A stretch of 64,000 nt of DNA from Syntrophales bacterium. GTDB lineage: Bacteria > Desulfobacterota > Syntrophia > Syntrophales > UBA2210. Shown in pieces: positions 9,556-17,972 of this stretch (position 1 is its first letter; every line of letters starts with the position of its first letter). The notes under the pieces were generated by a model, which was given only the letters and a program-made list of their open reading frames with translations, did not search any database and was not told the origin of the DNA. The translations under genes were made by a program, and so were the position numbers. Location of the stretch: contig JAQULO010000004.1 in NCBI GenBank assembly GCA_028718565.1, positions 3,148 to 67,147 of the forward strand, given 5' to 3'.

Positions 9556-11007
9556 ATGCATACAGGCAACAATCAGGTACGGGTCCGATTCGCCCCCAGT
9601 CCGACAGGCTACCTGCACGTCGGAGGACTGAGAACGGCATTATTCAATTATCTGTTCGCGCGCAAACATGGGGGGACCTTCATCCTTCGGATTGAAGATA
9701 CGGACCAGAAGAGATCCATCCCGGGCGCCCTGGAAAATCTCATTACTACACTGACAAGGACCGGACTCCAGCACGATGAAGGCCCCGACGTCGGAGGCGA
9801 CTATGGACCGTACATACAGTCGGAGCGGATGGACATCTATAAAACATACATCCAACAGCTCTTGGACTCCGGAAAGGCATACTACTGTTTCTGTGACGAA
9901 GAACGGCTGAACAGGATCAGGGAAGAGATGCGAAAGAGAAAAAGACCGCCGATGTATGACGGCAAGTGCATTGGCCTGTCGAAGGACGAGATTGCAGACA
10001 ATCTGGACCGGGGGCGGCCCTTTGTCATCCGTCTGAGATATCCCAAAGAGGGAAAGACCGTCTTTGATGATGTCGTACGCAACAAGGTCGCCATCGACAA
10101 CTCCATCGTCGACGACCAGGTCCTGATAAAGTCCGACGGATTCCCCACCTATCATTTTGCGAGCGTGGTGGATGACCACCTCATGAAGATCACCCACATA
10201 ATACGCGGAGAGGAGTGGCTCTCCAGCGTGCCGAAGCATATCTTCCTGTACGAATCCTTCGGATGGGAGGTACCGGTCTTCGTTCATCTGCCACTGCTGC
10301 TCAATGCCGACCGGAGCAAACTGAGCAAACGGCAAGGGGATGTCTCTGTCGAGAGTTACCTCGAAAAGGGGTACCTCACCGAGGCGCTCTTGAATTTTAT
10401 CGCTCTCCTCGGGTGGCACTCGGCGGATGACAGGGAGATATACTCTCTCCGGGAGCTGGAAGAGGCGTTTTCACTGGAAAGGATCAACAAGGCCGGAGCC
10501 GTATTTGACCTGGAAAAACTCAACTGGATGGGGGGGACCTATATCCGACAGCTGGACGTGGCATACATCGCCGATCAGTCGAGGCGCTTCTTTGAAGAGG
10601 CCGGGATAGATATAAGCGACAGCGATAAATATCTGAAAGTCATAGGAACCGCTCGCGATTACGTGTACTGCCTTTCGATGATCGTCGAACATGCCCGGAT
10701 GTTCTATGATACCATGACCTTCTCGGAAGAGGACCATGACCTTCTCGGTCAGGAAGGGTCGAAACGTGTTTTGTCCTACATGATTGAGGCGCTCGGCGGG
10801 CAGGAGACATGGTCTCCGGACGACGTATCGGCCCTTGTCAAAAAGGCCATCGGTGATCTGGGCACAAAGGGTAAGAATTTTTATTTTCCCGTTCGCCTCG
10901 CATTGTTCGGGAGTTGCCACGGCCCCGACATCCCGACACTGATCGGCATATTCGGGAGGGATGAAGCCGTGAAACGATTGTCCGATGCGCTGCACCTTAA
11001 ACAATAG
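9556..11007 (+). CDS. gltX: Glutamate--tRNA ligase
   Basis: Motifs RFAPSPTGYLHVGGLRTALFN and KLSKRQG (the KMSKS equivalent). ATG at 9556 is preceded by AGGAAG; the ORF track's GTG at 9487 is probably too early. Confidence 0.95.
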   Translation: MHTGNNQVRVRFAPSPTGYLHVGGLRTALFNYLFARKHGGTFILRIEDTDQKRSIPGALENLITTLTRTGLQHDEGPDVGGDYGPYIQSERMDIYKTYIQQLLDSGKAYYCFCDEERLNRIREEMRKRKRPPMYDGKCIGLSKDEIADNLDRGRPFVIRLRYPKEGKTVFDDVVRNKVAIDNSIVDDQVLIKSDGFPTYHFASVVDDHLMKITHIIRGEEWLSSVPKHIFLYESFGWEVPVFVHLPLLLNADRSKLSKRQGDVSVESYLEKGYLTEALLNFIALLGWHSADDREIYSLRELEEAFSLERINKAGAVFDLEKLNWMGGTYIRQLDVAYIADQSRRFFEEAGIDISDSDKYLKVIGTARDYVYCLSMIVEHARMFYDTMTFSEEDHDLLGQEGSKRVLSYMIEALGGQETWSPDDVSALVKKAIGDLGTKGKNFYFPVRLALFGSCHGPDIPTLIGIFGRDEAVKRLSDALHLKQ

Positions 11008-11132
11008 GAGGAAAACGACCATACGGCCGTAACGCCTCTCAGACAATACACTCTTGGGAATGACAACCGTGATTTGTGGCTCTGTTCGCTGAAATGCCTC
11101 GGTGTTTCTCTACGCTTATCGTATTGGTCTGT

Positions 11133-11506
11133 TCAATAGCCGTTGCCCTTCCCCGTCATGTCGTCAACGGCAACCTTTATCACCACCGTGCGTGCAAGGG
11201 CTTCCTCCGTAAATTCAAAAACCTCATCCGAATAATGACTCATGATGATTCTCAGCGCGTCTCTCCGGAGACAATCTCGTGGTCCAGATCCATCTCGAAA
11301 CAGACATTATGGTTGTTCTCAAGGATCTCCAGCTTCCTGCCGTGCGGGGCACAGTGGAAATATAGCACACCTCTCTCATACCCGAAACAGAGCGGGACGA
11401 CGTAGGGGCGGTCCCCCTCGCACAGGGCCAGCCTGCATGTATCCGCCCGGTGCATAATCTCTTCAATATCCTCCCGGCAAGTCACTTCTTTATCCTTCCG
11501 TATCAC
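11133..11506 (-). pseudogene. Pyridoxamine 5'-phosphate oxidase-family (NimA-like) gene disrupted by an internal out-of-frame deletion
   Basis: The N-terminal 84 aa (MIRKDKEVTCREDIEEIMHRADTCRLALCEGDRPYVVPLCFGYERGVLYFHCAPHGRKLEILENNHNVCFEMD...) stop at TGA 11252-11254. The family C-terminus (DALRIIMSHYSDEVFEFTEEALARTVVIKVAVDDMTGKGNGY*) continues in another frame down to 11133. About 25 aa that normally lie between the two parts are absent. Confidence 0.7.
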
Positions 11507-11571
11507 GGCGTTTTTTCCTTTTCACAATCATTGTTCTGTCCCGGAACGGTCTCATGTTTTGTGTTCTTCTT

Positions 11572-11709
11572 CTATTTCCGTGCAACATATATGGTAAGGA
11601 TGCTCATGATGGCTCCCACGAGGACACTTACCCGGTCCTTGAAGAAGATCCCGTAGAGAAAGTCGCCGGCCCCCACTACCATGAAAAAGACGATGAAGAA
11701 CCTGTTCAT
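11572..11709 (-). CDS. Possible 45-aa small membrane protein
   Basis: ATG at 11709 is preceded by AGGAGGG. The translation MNRFFIVFFMVVGAGDFLYGIFFKDRVSVLVGAIMSILTIYVARK has two hydrophobic segments. No family was recognised. Confidence 0.3.
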   Translation of the reverse strand: MNRFFIVFFMVVGAGDFLYGIFFKDRVSVLVGAIMSILTIYVARK

Positions 11710-12058
11710 GTTCCCTCCTACCTGTTCCATGCCTGACAACGGGGACACGGCCTTTTGGGTGATTTCCACTTTCACCCCGGCGAGTAACAAAATTTGATGG
11801 TGAAGAAAAGGACTGCCTTTAACGATTCACAAAGTATGCGGCAACAGGGTGAAAGCACGTAGCTTCCCCAGAGGGGTCGCCACATAGTCTGGGGATGGCG
11901 CCATCATTGCCTCCCAGAGGGCTTGCGTTTTGTTGTTTCTGGTGCTATGAGATGCCCGCAAAGTGTTGTCAGCATCACAACGAGCGATCAAGTGATCGCA
12001 TCGGTGACAGGGGGAGACAATCCATAATTTTATTTCTGGACCACGAGGAGGTGGATTC

Positions 12059-13147
12059 ATGAAAAAATCTGACGTATTAACAACTGTTGTATCGTGTGTG
12101 TTATTTCTTTTTCTTGCCAGCGGCGTCTCGGCGGAGATGAGGGCTGGCGCGGCGAGTATATCCCCCATGGTCGGCGGATATGCGTTCGACGGGGAGCAAG
12201 ACCTGGACAACGGTCCCACATACGGCCTCGGGATCGGGTACAACCTGGATGAACGGTGGGGCGTGGAAGCGGCGTTCAACTATATCGATACGGATTTTAA
12301 TACCGGTAACAGGGATATGAATGTCTCTCTGTATCGGCTGGACGGCCTCTACCATTTCAATATCACCGATCGGTTCGTTCCCTATCTCGCTGCCGGCGTG
12401 GGGGGCATTGGCTTCAACCCCGCTCGCGGTGACAGTAACTACGACACCATGATCAACTACGGGGTAGGCGTGAAATACTTTCTTACCGAGAGCATTGCCC
12501 TGCGCGGCGATGTGAGACACGTCATATCCTTTAACGAAACGTACAACAATCTCCTCTACACTATGGGACTTTCGTTTTTCTTTGGCGGGGAGAAGAAAGT
12601 TGCCGTTGTGCTCCCAGCCCCGGAACCGGCTCCCGCTCCCGCTAAGGAAATTGTCGTTGCTCCCCCAGCCCCAGTCCTGGAACCCGTTCCCGCTCCCGCT
12701 CCCGTTCTGACACCGGCTCCAGAGCCCAAGGACAGCGATGGTGACGGTGTCTATGACGATGTGGACGAATGTCCGGACACCCCGGCGCGTGCCCGCGTAG
12801 ACAAGCGCGGATGCTGGGTCCTGGGGAACATTCTGTTCGATTTCGACAAGTCGATCATTAAGCCGGAGGGGCGCCCGATCCTGGATGAAGTCGTGGCTGT
12901 CCTGAATAACAATCCCTCCGTGCGGGTCGATCTCCAAGGGCACACGGACAGCACGGGTTCAGACGCATGGAATCAAGGGCTCTCCGAAAGGCGTGCCCAG
13001 GCGGTAATGGAGTACCAGGTATCCGCCGGTATTGATCCTAACCGGCTCACAACAAAGGGATTCGGCGAGAGCGTACCGGCCGCGACCAATGAAACGAAAG
13101 AAGGGCGGGCCCTCAACAGGCGCGTTGAACTAAAACCTATACCGTAA
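12059..13147 (+). CDS. OmpA-family outer membrane protein (beta-barrel, Pro-rich linker, TSP3 repeat, OmpA_C domain)
   Basis: A signal peptide is followed by an aromatic-ended beta-strand pattern. The linker reads PAPEPAPAPAKE...PVPAPAPVLTPAPEP and the calcium-binding repeat reads DSDGDGVYDDVDECPDTP. The OmpA_C domain shows LQGHTDSTGSDAWNQGLSERRA...NRRVELK. Confidence 0.9.
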   Translation: MKKSDVLTTVVSCVLFLFLASGVSAEMRAGAASISPMVGGYAFDGEQDLDNGPTYGLGIGYNLDERWGVEAAFNYIDTDFNTGNRDMNVSLYRLDGLYHFNITDRFVPYLAAGVGGIGFNPARGDSNYDTMINYGVGVKYFLTESIALRGDVRHVISFNETYNNLLYTMGLSFFFGGEKKVAVVLPAPEPAPAPAKEIVVAPPAPVLEPVPAPAPVLTPAPEPKDSDGDGVYDDVDECPDTPARARVDKRGCWVLGNILFDFDKSIIKPEGRPILDEVVAVLNNNPSVRVDLQGHTDSTGSDAWNQGLSERRAQAVMEYQVSAGIDPNRLTTKGFGESVPAATNETKEGRALNRRVELKPIP

Positions 13148-13164
13148 AGTACTCAGGCTGGATC

Positions 13165-13204
13165 GAGGAGGGCCTGCCCTTGAACGGCAGGCCCTCCTCT
13201 TTTC
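13165..13204 (+). terminator. Rho-independent terminator
   Basis: 14-bp stem GAGGAGGGCCTGCC / GGCAGGCCCTCCTC with loop CTTGAAC, followed by TTTT. Confidence 0.8.
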
Positions 13205-13336
13205 CCGGGGGCAGTTTGCCACATGCCGATCTTCTTTGCTCAATCCTGCCCGGATCCGGTCAGTGCCGACTATTATACCCTTCTGCGCGTGAGGTGTTCG
13301 TTATACGGTTCCCGTACGTCAAAAGGAGGTTGAACT

Positions 13337-13887
13337 ATGGGCCTGAAAAGCAAATGGATACACCTCATATGCACGGTGGCAACAGGCAGCAGGAGGGTCC
13401 GGCTGCTCCTCACGCCGATCGTCGCCCTCTCCTACTTCCTGTTCGCGTCACTTTTTGTCATCTTTTCATTTTTGACAGATACCCTGTTTGGTTTTCCCGG
13501 ACTCCTCCCCCCTTCGATAAGCACCGTGCTGTCCGTCCCGGTTATTTTCCTCGGACTGCTTTTGGTCTTCTGGTCCGTGCTCCAGTTCATACGGGTGAGG
13601 GGGACCCCCGTGCCCTTTAATCCGCCCCCCGAACTGGTTACCTCCGGTCCCTATGCGTATATTCGCAACCCGATGCTCAGCGGCCTCTTTATCCTACTCT
13701 TCGGCCTCGGCCTGGCCTTCGGGTCGGTCTCTCTTTTTTTATCTTCACGCCCCTTTTCATCCTCGTCAACACAATAGAACTAAAGGCGATTGAGGAGCCG
13801 GAACTCGAAATGAGACTTGGTCTAAAGTACCTTGAATACAGGAAGAAGACGCCGATGTTCTTCCCGGGGAGGGGACAAAAGCAATAA
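13337..13887 (+). pseudogene. Isoprenylcysteine carboxyl / phospholipid methyltransferase-like membrane protein, frameshifted in a T7 run
   Basis: Frame 1 gives ...TSGPYAYIRNPMLSGLFILLFGLGLAFGS and then runs into SSRPFSSSSTQ*. The -1 frame after the T7 tract (13734-13740) continues with the expected family tail FTPLFILVNTIELKAIEEPELEMRLGLKYLEYRKKTPMFFP, with its stop at 13885-13887. Confidence 0.7.
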
Positions 13888-14002
13888 CTGGCGATGAGGG
13901 GGGCCCCTGGCCGAAGAGCTGCCTGGGCATCCTGCATGGGGGGGAAATACGTTTGGACGTCACGGCATGACATCAGGAGAAACTTCAGGAGAAAGGTGAC
14001 CA

Positions 14003-14608
14003 ATGGAACTCACACACGTTATCGGAGAACGGCGCAGTATACGAAAATTCAGAGAGGATTCCATCCCGGACAAAACAATCAACGAACTGCTCAACGCGGC
14101 CCGTTTGGCCCCTTCAGGGTCCAATCTCCAGCCGACGCGCTTTGTCGTTGTGAAGTCGCCCTCCGTGCGGGCAGAGTTGGGTGCCTGCACACCCTGCAAA
14201 TTTATCACCCGGGCACCTGTTATTTTTGTCTGTTGCGCCGACCGCAGGTCACTGTCAACGCGAGACAAACGTGTCGGAGAGCTTGTGGAGGCGGGGGCCT
14301 TCAACGATATCGACATGGACCCGACCGATTCGAAGACCTATGGGAACACCCAAATGAATGATTCAGCTGTCCGGGCCTATCTTTCGATGAATGCGGCCAT
14401 CGCAATCGAACATATGGTCCTGCGGGCAGTCGACTTCGGCCTGGGAAGCTGTTGGATCGGAATGTTCGACAGAAAGAAGGTACGCCAGATCCTGGATATT
14501 GATAACGACATCCATATCGTTACGCTCCTCCCCGTCGGGTATCCCGATCAATCGCCCCCCCAGCGGCCCAGGGTTCCGCTGGACCGCTTGGTCTTGAAGA
14601 CGGTCTGA
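14003..14608 (+). CDS. Nitroreductase-family protein
   Basis: Motif RRSIRKF....I......LL.AARLAPSGSNLQP; the C-terminus ends in PVGYP. Confidence 0.85.
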   Translation: MELTHVIGERRSIRKFREDSIPDKTINELLNAARLAPSGSNLQPTRFVVVKSPSVRAELGACTPCKFITRAPVIFVCCADRRSLSTRDKRVGELVEAGAFNDIDMDPTDSKTYGNTQMNDSAVRAYLSMNAAIAIEHMVLRAVDFGLGSCWIGMFDRKKVRQILDIDNDIHIVTLLPVGYPDQSPPQRPRVPLDRLVLKTV

Positions 14609-14645
14609 TGGTGGGTGGTGAAAAATAATTGTTCGCAGCGGGTCT

Positions 14646-16595
14646 TCATCGGATCACCCACTGATCGAAGGGCAGGTCTTCCGGTTCACGGTCGGAGGGG
14701 GCCAGTTCCGCTATGAAACGGGAGGGGACGGCATCCCCGCTCCACACACCTCTGGAACGGCTTACCAGGGGATGGCAGAAATAGAGTTGATCCTTCGCCC
14801 GGGTAGTCGCAACGTAGAAGAGCCTCCGTTCTTCATCTTCACCCCCGGGTTCCTTCAGGGCGCGGGCCAGCGGGATCATCCCTTCAGAACACCAGATCAT
14901 AAAGACGACCGACCATTCCAGACCCTTGGCCTGGTGAATAGAACTCAGGACAATCTTGTGTTTGTTCTCTTCCGGCTGGTAGGGTTCCTCTTCCGTTATG
15001 TTCGTCATCAGGGCGAGATCGCTCAGAAATCCCTCCAGTGTTTCAAATTCAGAGGAAAACTGTGACAACTGTTTCAGGTCCTCTTCGCGTGATGCCCCGT
15101 CACCATATTTCTCTTCCATGTAGTCCCGGTAGCCACCGTTCAGTATGACACCGACGATCTCCGTCAGGCTATTGGACGCGGACAGTTCCAGGACATCTCC
15201 AAGTGTCGCCCTGAATCTCCCGATGCCGGCGGCCTTCGGAACCTGTTTTATGAACTCGTCGGAAAAGACGGCTGCGAGAGGGTCCTCCTGTGAAGAGACG
15301 AATTCCCATATCTTGCGTGCCGTCACCTCCCCGATCTTCTGGTAGAGCTTCATCACCCGTTTCCACGCAATCTCATCCAGCGGGTTTGCCGCGATTCTCA
15401 TAAAGGCCGTTACATCCTTTATGTGTGCCTGTTCGAAAAACCTGATTCCCGATCTGATCTCGAAGGGAACACCCCTCCTGACCAGCTCCATCTGTAGCTC
15501 CATGGAGTGGTAGTGGGCCCGATAGAGGACGGCGATCTCCCCCAGGGGCGTACCTTCATCGACCAGCTCAATGATGCGCTGGGCGACAAAGTCAGCCTGC
15601 TGCAAGACATTTCTGACGGGGACGAAGACAGGCCGCACCCCCTTCCTCCTGACGGCCTTCAATTCCTTTTCGAACTGCTGCCGATTGTTCACGATACTCA
15701 TGTTGGCCAGGTGGAGAATTTCCGGCGTGCTCCGGTAGTTGGTCTCGAGCTTGAACACCTTAGCATCCGGGTACTTTTCCGGGAACTTGACAATATTGGC
15801 GAAGTTCGCCCCCCTGAAGGAGTAAATGCTCTGTGAATCGTCCCCCACCACCATCAGGTTCCGGTGACGGGCAGCGAGAAGATCCAGTATTTGAGCCTGG
15901 ATGATATTGGTGTCCTGGTACTCATCCACCAGAATATGCCGGAACTGATGAGCGTACTCGTCCCGTACGTCGGGAAAGTCGGTCAGCAGGGCGCACCAGT
16001 TCAAGAGGATATCGTCAAAGTCCATCACGCTCAGTTCCTTCTTCCTGATCCGGTAGCGCAGGGCAACCTTGAGGATATCGGTGATGCACCGGGAAAAACC
16101 ACGATATCTGCCTTCGATTATCGTTTCTATCGCTACCCCGGTATTCGAAGAGAGGCTTATGATGTCTCCCACGACGCCGGGCTTTGGGAAGGTTCCATCC
16201 GCAGCATGAATTCCCAACTCCCGTATGCAGGTGTTGAGGAGCTGCCGGGAATCCTCCGAGTCCACAATCGAATAGCTTCTCTCGTACCCGAGAAGTCCGG
16301 CGTGCCTCCTGAGTATGCGGTTTCCCACATGGTGGAAGGTCCCGCCCCACAACCTCCCCAGATCCACATCCACGAGCGTATCAACGCGCGACAGCATTGA
16401 GCGCGCGGCCTTGTTGGTAAAGGTGGCAAGGAGGATATGCCCGGGGTCTGCCCCCTGTTCTATCAGATGGGCAACCCGGTACGTCAACGCCCGCGTCTTG
16501 CCGCTTCCGGCGCCGGCGATCACGAGGATGGGGCCGTCCGCGGCCTGCACCACATCGCGCTGTTCCGGGTTGAGTTCCTTTTCGTAATCAATCAC
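14646..16595 (-). CDS. UvrD/PcrA/Rep-family ATP-dependent DNA helicase
   Basis: Motifs LNPEQRDVV, AGAGSGKTRAL, ILVDEYQDTN, VGDDSQSIYSFRGA, TNYRS and SIHQAKGLEW. At 649 aa it is slightly short for PcrA. Confidence 0.9.
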   Translation of the reverse strand: MIDYEKELNPEQRDVVQAADGPILVIAGAGSGKTRALTYRVAHLIEQGADPGHILLATFTNKAARSMLSRVDTLVDVDLGRLWGGTFHHVGNRILRRHAGLLGYERSYSIVDSEDSRQLLNTCIRELGIHAADGTFPKPGVVGDIISLSSNTGVAIETIIEGRYRGFSRCITDILKVALRYRIRKKELSVMDFDDILLNWCALLTDFPDVRDEYAHQFRHILVDEYQDTNIIQAQILDLLAARHRNLMVVGDDSQSIYSFRGANFANIVKFPEKYPDAKVFKLETNYRSTPEILHLANMSIVNNRQQFEKELKAVRRKGVRPVFVPVRNVLQQADFVAQRIIELVDEGTPLGEIAVLYRAHYHSMELQMELVRRGVPFEIRSGIRFFEQAHIKDVTAFMRIAANPLDEIAWKRVMKLYQKIGEVTARKIWEFVSSQEDPLAAVFSDEFIKQVPKAAGIGRFRATLGDVLELSASNSLTEIVGVILNGGYRDYMEEKYGDGASREEDLKQLSQFSSEFETLEGFLSDLALMTNITEEEPYQPEENKHKIVLSSIHQAKGLEWSVVFMIWCSEGMIPLARALKEPGGEDEERRLFYVATTRAKDQLYFCHPLVSRSRGVWSGDAVPSRFIAELAPSDREPEDLPFDQWVIR

Positions 16596-16613
16596 GTCTT
16601 GTGCTGTCCAGTC

Positions 16614-17261
16614 TCAGCCCTTGAGGCTCTTCTTGATTTCCTCAACCGTATCCTTGCTGCTGAGGGAAACGAAATTTCGGAGAAGGCCCTTCCCCCTGTA
16701 ATAGCCGATCAGGGGCGCGGTCTTTTCATTGTATGTCTCCAGACGGTTCAGTATCGCCTCCTCCGTTTCGTCATCGCGCTGTATGACGGGTCTGCCGCAC
16801 TTCTTGCACGTTCCGTCCGGCGCGGGAGGATTGCTTTTTATGTTATATATCTCCTGACATGCGGAATTGGAGCAGGTCCTTCGCGTGGTCAGGCGATCCA
16901 GTATGACATCCCTCGGTACCTCGAGACTGGCCACAAAATCCAGGCCAATTCCCATTCTGCCCAAAAGCTCCCCAAGCGCTTCGGCCTGCGGGATCGTCCT
17001 TGGGAAGCCATCCAGGAGAAACCCTTTATCACAGTCGTCCTCCTGTAGGCGGACCTCCATAATCTCCATAATCAGGGAATCAGGAACCAGATCGCCGCTA
17101 TCCATATACCCCTTCGCCTTTTTGCCGGGATCGGACCCGCCCTTCACGGCGGCGCGCAGGATGTCCCCAGTTGAAATCTGTACAGAACCGTCAAGTTCTG
17201 ATAGAAGCTTGGCCACGGTACCCTTTCCGGCCCCCGGCGCACCCAAAAGTACAATCTTCAT
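16614..17261 (-). CDS. adk: Adenylate kinase (zinc-lid type)
   Basis: MKIVLLGAPGAGKGT. The lid carries Cys pairs (CSNSAC...CKKCG). ATG at 17261 is preceded by GGGAGG; the ORF-track extension to 17474 is not supported. Confidence 0.95.
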   Translation of the reverse strand: MKIVLLGAPGAGKGTVAKLLSELDGSVQISTGDILRAAVKGGSDPGKKAKGYMDSGDLVPDSLIMEIMEVRLQEDDCDKGFLLDGFPRTIPQAEALGELLGRMGIGLDFVASLEVPRDVILDRLTTRRTCSNSACQEIYNIKSNPPAPDGTCKKCGRPVIQRDDETEEAILNRLETYNEKTAPLIGYYRGKGLLRNFVSLSSKDTVEEIKKSLKG

Positions 17262-17289
17262 AGTACAACAACCTCCCTTGATAATGTAA

Positions 17290-17595
17290 ACGGACTCGTT
17301 ATATAAGCGAAACCGCCGCGGGGTCAAGGAAATAGAGTATCGGACAGGCAGGGGAAAGCTATCGGAACTGCTTCGGCAATGGCAGGAATGCTTAACCACT
17401 TTTCTGGAACTGCCCAAAGACACGCTGGGTCTGATCTGCGGCGGCAAGAAAAAGTCGGTCGGAAAGATCGACATCGCCGTTATGCAGTCTCTGTCGCGGC
17501 GAGAAGACCTTCCGGAGCTTCTCGATGGGTACGGTCAGGTCATCGTTGACGAGTGCCACCATATTTCCGCTTTCTCCTTCGAAGCGATTCTCAAG
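17290..17595 (+). pseudogene. Fragment of a DEAD/DEAH (SF2, restriction-Res-like) helicase, motifs I-II region only
   Basis: The translation ...LSELLRQWQECLTTFLELPKDTLGLICGGKKKSVGKIDIAVMQSLSRREDLPELLDGYGQVIVDECHHISAFSFEAILKHA contains the DECH box. There is no Walker A upstream and no motifs III-VI downstream. Confidence 0.6.
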
Positions 17596-17664
17596 CACGC
17601 TATTCCGGATTCCCTCCCCTATTCCGGCCTTCCCCGGATAACTGCGGATATCCCGCAGAAAAAC

Positions 17665-17841
17665 AGACAGGAGGTGCTGCAAACATTAGGCATGTTTGAC
17701 TGTAAGATTATTTCCATGCGGAATAATTACTGCATTATCCAGGTCGCCGGGAGCAGGGAAGATGTGGAGACGGTCATCAACTTCCTCCGGCCTCTCGGCA
17801 TGGATAAGGTCGCACGAACGGGTGTCCTCGCCCTTCAACAG
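17665..17841 (+). pseudogene. Fragment resembling the C-terminal domain of the acetolactate synthase small subunit (IlvN/IlvH)
   Basis: RQEVLQTLGMFDCKIISMRNNYCIIQVAGSREDVETVINFLRPLGMDKVARTGVLALQQ parallels the IlvH tail (..ei..i...FrakivDv....l.iEvtGd.dki.afi.lL.p.Gi.e.aRTG..al.r). It lies in the same open frame as the helicase fragment. No N-terminal ACT domain is present. Confidence 0.5.
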
Positions 17842-17972
17842 ACAGAAAAAGTAAGCATATACGGAGAATCAGGTGTTCGCTTTCAGGTTATAGGTTGCCT
17901 GTTTGCGACAAAGTGTGGTATCAGGGCAAGTTTATAAAATTCAGGATGAATACCATACCCAGGAGATCGATA

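Noticed and set aside
12600-12730. Short DNA repeats (cccgctcccgct units) and the acidic-linker repeats at 7300-7700, checked as possible CRISPR or other arrays.
   Set aside because: They lie inside well-supported ORFs and encode Pro/Ala and Glu/Asp linkers. There is no repeat-spacer periodicity.
17262-17474. The N-terminal 71-aa extension of adk in the ORF track.
   Set aside because: The canonical MKIVLLGAPGAGKG start with a strong GGGAGG SD lies at 17261. The extension is low-complexity and overlaps the helicase-fragment frame on the other strand.
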